Below are positions 56,370 to 64,000 of a DNA stretch of 64,000 nucleotides, in pieces. Source of the stretch: Deltaproteobacteria bacterium. Lineage in GTDB: Bacteria > Myxococcota_A > UBA9160 > SMWR01. The notes beneath the pieces are model-generated. The model searched no databases and was not told the DNA's origin. It saw only the letters and a program-made list of their open reading frames with translations. The DNA lies in the NCBI GenBank assembly GCA_032128115.1, contig JAQBHB010000069.1, positions 1 through 64,000 of the forward strand, given 5' to 3'. The position numbers were made by a program, and so were the translations under genes. Within the stretch, counting starts at the first letter, position 1; each line of letters begins with the position of its first letter.

Positions 56370-59300
56370 CCGTGCTCCGATCCTTCGCCATCCCGGTCCA
56401 CCTTGGCCAGGTAGGTGATCGACGGGCGCGTGTTGAGAACGTGCAGCACGTGGTAGGCGCGCTCTCCTGCCTGCACGGCTTCAATCGAAACGCGCGACTT
56501 CTCGTCGCGCAGGTTCCCAAAGGTGATGGCCTGGGTCGGACACGTCTCGGCGCAGGCCGACGTGACCTCCCCGTCGGCGATATTGCGAACCTGGTCCTTG
56601 GCCACCTGGCGAGCGCCCTGGATCCGCTGCACACAGAAGGTGCATTTCTCCATGACGCCCTGGCCCCGTACGGTGACGTCCGGGTTCAGCATCAGGTTCA
56701 TGGGCTCGGGCCAGTTGTGGATGCTGTAGTCGAACCAGTTGAAGCGGCGCACCTTGTAGGGGCAGTTGTTCGAACAGTACCGCGTGCCGATGCAGCGATT
56801 GTAGATCATCCCGTTGAGGCCCTCGGGATTGTGATAGGTGGCGATCACCGGACACACGGGCTCGCAGGGCGCCGCGCCGCACTGTTGGCACAACATGGGC
56901 AGATTGCGGACGTCGGTGCCGCCAAGCACCTCGTGATCCTCGTGGGGGGGCCGGCCTCCCTGGAGGGTGGGCTCGCCGTCGCCCAGATAGCGCTCGATCC
57001 GGAGCCACGTCATCTGGCGAGACCGCAGCGCCGCTTCCTCCCCCACCGAGGGGATGTTGTTCTCGATGGCGCACGCCACCACACAGGCGCTGCAGCCGGT
57101 GCAGCGATCCACGTCGATGGACATGCCCCAGCGGTACGCGCTGTCTTCCGCCGCGTCGGCGGCCGGATCGTAGGGGCGCAGCATCTCGTGGCCGCCGCCG
57201 TGGCTGCCGCTCTCAGCGTGCCCGTTTCCGGCGGAAACGGCCGCGCTGCCCCCCGCCGCCAGGGCCACAAGCGACACGCTCTGGGCCAGGCCGCGTCCGC
57301 GCTGGTTGTCCGTGGTCTGGGTCAGCGCCAGGCGCTCGTGGCCGCCGGTGGGGCCCACTTCCGCCTTGGCGGTGAGCCAGGCCCGCCCGCCGGTCTCGTC
57401 GGTGAGCGACGGCAGCAGCGAGATCACGTTGACGCCGCGCGCCTGCCCGTTGCGCGAGGCGTGGCGCCCCACCGTATGGCCCTGGCCGATGGCGATGGCC
57501 ACCACGTCGTCGCGGATTCCGCCGCGCGGCAACACCGGCACTTCCAGGTTTCCGTAGGTGGTCTTCACGGAGACCACGTCCCCCGCCTCGACGCCCAGGG
57601 AAGCCGCGGTGTTTCGCGACACCTCGGCCCAGGACTGCCAGGGGATCTTGGTGACCGGGTCCGGCGTCTCCTGCAGCCAGGGCAGGTTCGCGCCGCGACC
57701 ATCGTGGAGCAGCGGCGACGGGTAGGCCAGCAACACGAACGAGCCGTTGCCCTCCAGCTGCGGCTCCTTCAGCTCGAGGGTGGTCACGCTTTGCGCCACG
57801 CTCACGTCGATCGTCGGCGCATCGCCGTACACGCCACCGCGTGCCCGCGCGGCGCGGAAGTCGGTATCCGACCAGGCCGAAGCCAGCACGTCCCGGAAAC
57901 TGCCCGACGGCAACTTTCCGCCCACCGGATCACCGATGGCGCGAGCGGTCTGGAGCAGCGTGTCTCCCAGCGACTGGGTGTCGTACAGGGGGCGGATCGT
58001 GGGCTGCACCAGCGAACGCACGCCCGGCCGCGAGAGCCAGTCGCCCCACGACTCCAGGGGCGTGTGATCCGGAAGCACCAGGTCGGCTCGCGCCGTGGTC
58101 TCGTCCGGCGCGCTGGCGAACGACACCACGAAGTCCACGTTCGCGAGCGCCGCTTCGAACCCGGCGTCCGGCGGCAGCGAGTAGACCGGGTTGGCGCCGT
58201 GGATCAAAAGCACATTCACGTCGCCCGATTTCATGGCGTCGATCAGGCGCACCGCCTGGCGGTAGCTCGACGGAGCGCCCGGGTCGCTCTCGGGCCGCGG
58301 CATCCGGACCGTCTTGCCCAGGGCGCCCGAAACGGCGTTGAGCAGCAGCACGGCTCCGGTCGTTGCCACGGCCCGGCGGCCCGTGAGCGCAACTCCCGGG
58401 GGCAGCGCCGCAGGGCGCGCGCTGTGGGCCATGGCCATGCCCACGCCGTGGATGGTGGCAGCATCCACGCCCGTGGCGGCGGCTACCGCCTCCGGCGAGA
58501 AATTCTCGAGCACGCTCTGGATCAGGTCCGGGTCGCCGCCGGGGGAACGCCCCTGCGCCCGGGCGCTGTCGAACACCACCCGGGCGATGGCCAGGGCGAG
58601 GATGCCCTCGGTTCCCGGGCGCGCCGGCAGCCATTGGTCGGCACTGCCGGCGGTGGTGGTCTGGCGGGGGCCCACATAGACGAGGCGCGCGCCGCCGTCC
58701 GGGTGGTCGTGCACGTCGCGCGCCGCCGCGATCTGGCGAGCGTGCTCGATGGGAGAGATCCAGCTCTCCATGGAGTCGGCGCCGAAGTCGATCACGAAGT
58801 CCGCGTCGGTCAGGTCGAACTGCGGCCGGCTCGCCACCCCGAAGACTGCGCGCGAGGCCTCGGCCAGCGCCTCGTAGGCGAAGGGCTCGTAGGAGACGCG
58901 CCGGCCCGCGCCCACCGCGGCCACCCACTGGTCGATCAGGCGACCCAGCGTGGGGCCCGTGGCGCCGCCCAGAACCGCCGTCCGCTCCCCCGCCCCGCCG
59001 ATCTTCTCGGCCAGAAGACGGGTGGCGGCCTCCCACGTAATGGTGACCAGCGAGCCGTCTGCCTGTCGGGATCGGGGACCGTGGAAGCGATCCGGATCGA
59101 AAGTGCGTCCGATCCCCGCCTGGCCGCGCGCACACAGCGCACCCCGGTTGACCGGGTGTTCGGGATTTCCCTCGAGCTTCACCGGGCGACCCTCGCGCGT
59201 GCGAACGATCAAGCCGCAACCGGCGGGGCACTCCTGGCAGGTGGAAGCGTAGAAGACGGGAAGACCGGGCGTGATCACCTCGGGCTGCACCACATAGGGG

Positions 59301-59389
59301 ATCAGCTTCTCGATCGGCTCGCAGCCGGTCGCGGCGGCGCTGCTGACGCCGACCAGCTTGAGAAAATCGCGACGATCGAACTCGGCCAT
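56366..59389 (-). CDS. actB: Alternative complex III subunit ActB (molybdopterin-oxidoreductase-like + Fe-S domain)
   Basis: Tat signal DRRDFLK; CTGCSACVVAC, CQQC...CEPVCP, CIGTRYCSNNCP, KCTFC. Confidence 0.93.
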   Translation of the reverse strand: MAEFDRRDFLKLVGVSSAAATGCEPIEKLIPYVVQPEVITPGLPVFYASTCQECPAGCGLIVRTREGRPVKLEGNPEHPVNRGALCARGQAGIGRTFDPDRFHGPRSRQADGSLVTITWEAATRLLAEKIGGAGERTAVLGGATGPTLGRLIDQWVAAVGAGRRVSYEPFAYEALAEASRAVFGVASRPQFDLTDADFVIDFGADSMESWISPIEHARQIAAARDVHDHPDGGARLVYVGPRQTTTAGSADQWLPARPGTEGILALAIARVVFDSARAQGRSPGGDPDLIQSVLENFSPEAVAAATGVDAATIHGVGMAMAHSARPAALPPGVALTGRRAVATTGAVLLLNAVSGALGKTVRMPRPESDPGAPSSYRQAVRLIDAMKSGDVNVLLIHGANPVYSLPPDAGFEAALANVDFVVSFASAPDETTARADLVLPDHTPLESWGDWLSRPGVRSLVQPTIRPLYDTQSLGDTLLQTARAIGDPVGGKLPSGSFRDVLASAWSDTDFRAARARGGVYGDAPTIDVSVAQSVTTLELKEPQLEGNGSFVLLAYPSPLLHDGRGANLPWLQETPDPVTKIPWQSWAEVSRNTAASLGVEAGDVVSVKTTYGNLEVPVLPRGGIRDDVVAIAIGQGHTVGRHASRNGQARGVNVISLLPSLTDETGGRAWLTAKAEVGPTGGHERLALTQTTDNQRGRGLAQSVSLVALAAGGSAAVSAGNGHAESGSHGGGHEMLRPYDPAADAAEDSAYRWGMSIDVDRCTGCSACVVACAIENNIPSVGEEAALRSRQMTWLRIERYLGDGEPTLQGGRPPHEDHEVLGGTDVRNLPMLCQQCGAAPCEPVCPVIATYHNPEGLNGMIYNRCIGTRYCSNNCPYKVRRFNWFDYSIHNWPEPMNLMLNPDVTVRGQGVMEKCTFCVQRIQGARQVAKDQVRNIADGEVTSACAETCPTQAITFGNLRDEKSRVSIEAVQAGERAYHVLHVLNTRPSITYLAKVDRDGEGSEHG

Positions 59390-59426
59390 AAGCTTCCTTA
59401 TTCCGAAACCGCAGTCACTGCCTAGC

Positions 59427-60167
59427 CTAGTAGTGGCAGGTGTAACAGTCCTGCGACGCGCCCTCGTGGCGGTGACAATCGATGCACCATCCCATCTCGG
59501 GCTTCGTGGACGGCAGCAGCCACGGCCACCAGATGGTGTCTTTCGTCATGTAGAGCTTGTCCATCTCCTCGACCGCACCGTGGCAGCGTTGGCACTCCAC
59601 ACCCGCCCGGAGGTGGCGGTTGTGTCGGAACTGCACGTATTCCGGAAGGCGATAAACCTGCTCCCATTGGATCGCCTCGCGGTCCTCCCAATGCTGCTTG
59701 AGAACGCGGATCCCCTCGAACTCGTCGTAGCTCTTGGGAAACTGGGAGTGGCACCCCATGCAGACTTCCAGCGACGGCACCCCGGCGGACGGCGAACGAT
59801 CCGTGCCCGAGTGACAGTACTGGCAATCGATCTGGTAGAGCCCCGCGTGGTGTTTGTGGCTGAACGCGATGGGCTGGAGCGGGCCCGGCGCCTCGGGATC
59901 CGAGGCCGCGGCGTAGGAAAGGCAGGCCTCGCGGGTGGGCCACGGCCCGGCGAATTCGCGCGGAATCTCGATCGCGAGATGCGGGTCCTGCTCCTGGCGC
60001 GCCCGAAGCTCATGGGCTTCGCACACGCTGCCTGCCACCAGAGCCCCGTCTGCTTCTGCTTCAGCGATTCCCGGCCGCGGCGTCAGGAATGTCCACGCGA
60101 GCGCGCAGGCCACCCCGAGGGCGGGAACAGCGAAGGCCAGACGGGAGGTCGGTCGAGTCGAACTCAT
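59427..60167 (-). CDS. actA: Alternative complex III pentaheme cytochrome ActA
   Basis: Five CxxCH (CQYCH, CMGCH, CQRCH, CIDCH, CYTCH); QPIAFSHKHH. Confidence 0.92.
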   Translation of the reverse strand: MSSTRPTSRLAFAVPALGVACALAWTFLTPRPGIAEAEADGALVAGSVCEAHELRARQEQDPHLAIEIPREFAGPWPTREACLSYAAASDPEAPGPLQPIAFSHKHHAGLYQIDCQYCHSGTDRSPSAGVPSLEVCMGCHSQFPKSYDEFEGIRVLKQHWEDREAIQWEQVYRLPEYVQFRHNRHLRAGVECQRCHGAVEEMDKLYMTKDTIWWPWLLPSTKPEMGWCIDCHRHEGASQDCYTCHY

Positions 60168-60380
60168 CCGGGAAGCTGGGTCTCCCTTGCCAAAACCGAC
60201 TTTTCGCCGCGACCGGCAACCCCACCACGGGGCCGGAGCGGTTCGCGCCTCTCGTCCGACGGTCTCGCGAGACCGGGGGCCGCCGGTGGAACCGGCAGAT
60301 GACCGGAAGCGCCAGAAAGGAAAACGGCGCGACGCTCATCGCGGTCGCGCTGCCTCTTATCGCTTCCGATGACGGGCGCT

Positions 60381-60409
60381 GGGATACAACGGAAGCCACG
60401 GCCCGTCAA
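60381..60409 (-). promoter_or_regulatory. Sigma-70-like promoter of the act operon
   Basis: Minus strand TTGACG-N17-TATCCC. Confidence 0.5.
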
Positions 60410-60511
60410 GCCGGACGACGCTGCAAATTCGCCCGGGGGCGAAGTCCCCCGGAGGGGTTCGAGTCCCCGCGAGCCTTCCCTCCAGAGTTGACGTGAGACA
60501 GAATTTCGTCA

Positions 60512-61630
60512 ATGATTCCAGCCTCTTCGGAGGCCGCCCCCGTGATCGACTTCGAGCCCAGCGAAGAGCAACAGCTGATCGTCGAAACCGTGCGCCAGTT
60601 CGCGGCCAATGAAGTGAGGCCGCATGCACGCGAGTGCGCCGAGTCGCGCAAGCTTCCCGAGTCGGTGCTCAGCCACGCGCACGAGTTGGGACTGGTGGCC
60701 AACGCGCTGCCGGAGGCATGGGGCGGCGGTGGCGAACGCAGCGCCGTGACCAATGTCCTCGTTTGCGAGGAACTGGCCTACGGCGATCTCTCCCTGGCGC
60801 TCGCCATCCTGTCCCCGTCGTTGATCGCGTTGCCCGTGACCGACTTCGGAAACGACGACCAGAAGAAGTCGCTGCTTCCGCTCTACACCCGGGACCATTT
60901 CGTACCGGGTTCGCTCGCGATCGCCGAACCCCGGGTTCGTTGGGACCCATACACGCCCGCCACCACAGCGCGTCGCGAAGACGGCGACTACGTGCTGGAC
61001 GGTGAGAAGTGCCTGGTGCCCTGGATCGAGGGCGGCGAGATCGTCCTGGTGATTGCCAGCCTGGATTCCAGCGCCCAGGCGTTCGTGGTGCCCCGCGATG
61101 CCAGCGGGCTGCTTGCAATCCCGGAGAAGAACATGGGTCTCGATGGTCTTCCCACCGTCGGACTCGAGCTTTCCGGTGTGCGCGTTCCGGAAACGGCGCG
61201 CCTGGGCGGCGAAACCGGCGCCGATGTGCGTCAGCTGATCCACCGGGGGCGCGTGGGGCTCGCTGCGGCTGCGATCGGTGTGGCGCGGGCCGCCTACGAC
61301 GTGGCCCGGGAATACGCGTTGGAGCGGGAAGCCTTCGGCGCTCCCATCGCCACCAAGCAGGCCATTGCCTTCAAGCTGGCTGACATGGCCATCGAGATCG
61401 ACGGCGCGCGTCTGCTGGTGTGGGAGGCCGCCTGGATCCTGGATCAGGGCCGCGATGCCGTGCGCGAAGCCGCCCTGGCCTACCAGCAGGCCCGGCGCGT
61501 TTCCCTGGACATCGCCGACGGCGCGGTGCAGGTCCTGGGCGGACACGGCTACATCCGCGAGTACCTGCCCGAGATGCACCTGCGTGATGCCCGGGGCTTC
61601 GCAACATTCGAAGCCCTCACACTGGTATAG
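60512..61630 (+). CDS. Acyl-CoA dehydrogenase (start may be GTG 60542)
   Basis: EELAYGD, AIAEP, LDGEK, REAFG.PI...QAI.FKLADM, GGHGY. Confidence 0.9.
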   Translation: MIPASSEAAPVIDFEPSEEQQLIVETVRQFAANEVRPHARECAESRKLPESVLSHAHELGLVANALPEAWGGGGERSAVTNVLVCEELAYGDLSLALAILSPSLIALPVTDFGNDDQKKSLLPLYTRDHFVPGSLAIAEPRVRWDPYTPATTARREDGDYVLDGEKCLVPWIEGGEIVLVIASLDSSAQAFVVPRDASGLLAIPEKNMGLDGLPTVGLELSGVRVPETARLGGETGADVRQLIHRGRVGLAAAAIGVARAAYDVAREYALEREAFGAPIATKQAIAFKLADMAIEIDGARLLVWEAAWILDQGRDAVREAALAYQQARRVSLDIADGAVQVLGGHGYIREYLPEMHLRDARGFATFEALTLV

Positions 61631-61640
61631 GGAGCCCGGT

Positions 61641-62864
61641 ATGCCCATCGCGTTCGACCTCACCGAGAATTCGCTGAAGGCGAAGGCGCACTACCACGCC
61701 ATGGCGGTCGACCACATGCGCCCGGTGTCCCGGAAATACGACGAACTCGAGCACGAATCGCCCCGAGAGTGGATCGACTGGTTCTGGAAGCACGGCCGGA
61801 GCGGCCCCGGCGGGGCACTGGATGGCCCCTCCGACGGGTTCGTCCAGGTGTGCGTACAGGCCGAGGAGCTTTGCTGGGGCGATGCGGCCCTCTACCTGCG
61901 CATGCCGACGCCGGCGCTGGGAGGCTCCGCCGTGGCCGCCGCTGGAACTCCCGAGCAGAAGGAGCGCTTCCTGTCGGCCTTCCGGGGCGACGGCACGCCG
62001 ATCTGGGGCGCCATGGCGATCACCGAGCCTTCGGCCGGCTCGGATGCGGCCGCCATCGAAACCACCGCGGAGCTCGACGGCGACGAGTGGGTCCTGAACG
62101 GAACCAAGATCTTCTGCACCAGTGGCGAGAGCGCCTCCCAGTTCGAGGGCGGCTTCGTCGTGGTGTGGGCCACCGTGGACCGCAGCGCCGGTCGCGCGGG
62201 CATCAAGTCGTTCGTGGTACCGGCGCAGACGCCGGGGATGAAGCTCGCGGGACTGGAGAAGAAGCTCGGGATCCGCGCCTCGGATACGGCGACCCTGATC
62301 TTCGAGAACTGCCGCGTGCCGCGCGAGAACCTGCTGGGCAGCGCGGAGGTGAAGAAGCGCGACGGCAAGAGGTCGGGCGACAAGGGCTTCAAGGGCGCCA
62401 TGGCGACCTTCGACGCCAGCCGCCCCATCGTGGCCGCCATGGCGGTGGGCGTGGGCCGCGCCTCCCTGGACTTCGTGCTTGAAGAACTTTCGCGCCAGGG
62501 AGTGGAAATCCGCTACGACGCTCCCCGCTTCGAGTCGAGCGCGGTGGAGCGGGACGTGATGGAGATGGAAGCGGAGCTGCAGGCCGCCCGCCTGCTCACC
62601 TGGCGGGCGGCCAGCATGATGACCCGGGGCCGACCCAACAACCTGGAGGCCTCCATGGCCAAGGCCAAGGCAGGGCTGGCGGTGATCCGGATCACCCAGA
62701 AGGCGGTGGAACTGCTGGGGCCGCCCGGTTACTCGCAGAAGTGGCTCGTCGAGAAGTGGATGCGGGACGCAAAGATCAACGACATCTACGAGGGCACCCA
62801 GCAGATCAACCAGCTGATCGTCGCCCGGCGCATCCTGAACTACTCTTCCGCCGTCCTGCGCTAG
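61641..62864 (+). CDS. Acyl-CoA dehydrogenase
   Basis: AITEPSAGSD, LNGTKIF, KLGIRASDT, DIYEGTQQI. Confidence 0.92.
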   Translation: MPIAFDLTENSLKAKAHYHAMAVDHMRPVSRKYDELEHESPREWIDWFWKHGRSGPGGALDGPSDGFVQVCVQAEELCWGDAALYLRMPTPALGGSAVAAAGTPEQKERFLSAFRGDGTPIWGAMAITEPSAGSDAAAIETTAELDGDEWVLNGTKIFCTSGESASQFEGGFVVVWATVDRSAGRAGIKSFVVPAQTPGMKLAGLEKKLGIRASDTATLIFENCRVPRENLLGSAEVKKRDGKRSGDKGFKGAMATFDASRPIVAAMAVGVGRASLDFVLEELSRQGVEIRYDAPRFESSAVERDVMEMEAELQAARLLTWRAASMMTRGRPNNLEASMAKAKAGLAVIRITQKAVELLGPPGYSQKWLVEKWMRDAKINDIYEGTQQINQLIVARRILNYSSAVLR

Positions 62865-62875
62865 AGGGAGAATCC

Positions 62876-63124
62876 ATGAGTGTGAACCCGGAGCTGCTTG
62901 AGATCCTGGTGTGTCCCGAGACGAAGCAGCCAGTGAAGCAGGCTGACGCCGACCTGCTGGCGCGCCTGACGATCGAAATCGAAGCGGGACGCCTGCGCAA
63001 CCGGGGCGGCGAGCCCGTGACCCGCGTCCTGTCCGAGGCCCTGGTTCGCGAGGACGGGAAGGTGCTCTACCCGGTGGACGACGGAATCCCGGTGATGCTG
63101 ATCGAGGAGTCGATCGAACTCTAG
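62876..63124 (+). CDS. Trm112-like (YcaR/UPF0434) protein
   Basis: LLEILVCP...YPVDDGIPVML; GGGAG upstream. Confidence 0.88.
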   Translation: MSVNPELLEILVCPETKQPVKQADADLLARLTIEIEAGRLRNRGGEPVTRVLSEALVREDGKVLYPVDDGIPVMLIEESIEL

Positions 63125-63134
63125 TCCACTTGTC

Positions 63135-63200
63135 TGCGCTCGCCTGCGGCTCGCTGCGCGCGGGCCTGCGGCCTGCTTGCGGTGCTGAGCTGCGGAACTG
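63135..63200. repeat. REP-like short palindromic repeat cluster
   Basis: gcctgcggc mini-hairpin twice (63142-63150, 63164-63172) between convergent genes. Confidence 0.4.
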
Positions 63201-63232
63201 CCGAGCTGCTGGGGGAATTCCCGGCGTGTGCG

Positions 63233-63934
63233 CTAGGCGATCAGGCGATAGCCGTGGCCCCGCACCGACACGATGTGGCGGGGGTTGGCCGGATCGGGCT
63301 CGATGTAACGGCGCAGGCGAACGATGAAGCTGTCCACCACCCGGGTGCGCGTGTCGGGGCGCAGGCCCCAGACCTCCTCGAGCAGCTCGCCGCGAGTCGC
63401 GGCCTCGCCGTTGCGCTCCAGGAGCGCGCGCAGGAGACCGGCTTCGCGCGTAGTGAGGCTCACCAGACCGTCCGGCGTCTCCAGCTCGAAACGATCGAAG
63501 TGGGCCGTGGCGAGACCGATGGAGACCGGCCCCGACCCCGCGCGCGCGGGGCCGCTCGCGTCCCAGCGACGCCGACGCAGTAGACCCCGCACCCGGGCGA
63601 GCAGCTCGTCCAGGCGGAAGGGCTTGGTCAGGTAGTCGTCGGCTCCCTCCTCCAGGCCGCGCACCAGGTCCTGGATGTCGTCCTTCGCGGTCAGGATCAG
63701 GATGGGCACATAGTTGCCGCCGGCGCGCGCGCGGCGCGCGACTTCGATGCCGTTCACCTCCGGGAGCATGAGATCGAGCACCACCAGATCGAACCCCGCC
63801 TCGGGATCGGCGAGACGGAGGCTGGCCACGCGGCCATCCGGAGCCACCTCGACTTCGTGGCCTTCGGCCTCGAGATTGAAGCGCAGGCCGTCAGCCAGGT
63901 TCGCTTCGTCCTCTACGACGAGGATGCGCGACAT
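63233..63934 (-). CDS. OmpR/PhoB-family response regulator
   Basis: ILVVEDE, LDLMLP, LTAK, KPF, winged helix ...VRGHGY. Confidence 0.94.
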   Translation of the reverse strand: MSRILVVEDEANLADGLRFNLEAEGHEVEVAPDGRVASLRLADPEAGFDLVVLDLMLPEVNGIEVARRARAGGNYVPILILTAKDDIQDLVRGLEEGADDYLTKPFRLDELLARVRGLLRRRRWDASGPARAGSGPVSIGLATAHFDRFELETPDGLVSLTTREAGLLRALLERNGEAATRGELLEEVWGLRPDTRTRVVDSFIVRLRRYIEPDPANPRHIVSVRGHGYRLIA

Positions 63935-64000
63935 CAGGACACCGGGGCCGCGGCGCGCAGGGTGACTACGAAACGGCTGCCCTCCCCGGACCCGCCGCTG
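63934..64000 (-). CDS. C-terminus of a sensor histidine kinase (partial)
   Basis: ...SGGSGEGSRFVVTLR...stop (HATPase G2/last strand); TGATG overlap with the response regulator. Confidence 0.7.
   Translation of the reverse strand, partial: SGGSGEGSRFVVTLRAAAPVS

Noticed and set aside
60362..60408. Possible pseudoknot (gcttccg/cggaagc and tgacgggc/gcccgtca)
   Set aside because: Overlaps the predicted act promoter, so it is largely untranscribed on that strand; loop geometry is atypical

Overview
High-GC bacterial chromosomal window, mostly core genome. It is most consistent with a Myxococcota/deltaproteobacterial lineage, inferred from mglB-mglA after dnaX-ybaB-recR, a stand-alone mtEFG1-like EF-G and an alternative complex III operon. 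In order it holds: an SDR (partial), a DUF3047-arsS-like-TVP38-MerA-like cluster, glutamate dehydrogenase, an ECF sigma/zinc anti-sigma pair, a TerB-like protein, fusA with a RecA-like ATPase, a second formyltransferase, infA, tRNA-Ser, SRP RNA, dnaX-ybaB-recR-mglBA, priA-def-fmt-rsmB-rpe, tRNA-Pro, greA, an adenylate cyclase with two lipoproteins, tRNA-Asn, a TMTC/TPR/sulfatase fusion, trkA, three transporters, PPi-type pfk, parA-like, kdsB, a cyclase, an MFS-spermidine-synthase fusion, an acyl-CoA ligase, a rhomboid, actA-F, two acyl-CoA dehydrogenases, a Trm112-like protein and a two-component pair (partial). I saw no transposase, integrase, prophage or CRISPR array. The most unusual signals are: (1) a highly base-paired intergenic element at about 49.78-50.14 kb that encloses a 14-codon ORF with a near-perfect Shine-Dalgarno and ends in a terminator; (2) about ten genes with a TAnnnT box 6-8 nt before the start codon, suggesting leaderless mRNAs; (3) fmt has no canonical start codon; (4) several enzymes with degenerate active sites; (5) two short tandem duplications that each span a stop codon. 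All calls come from reading motifs by eye; no database searches were run.
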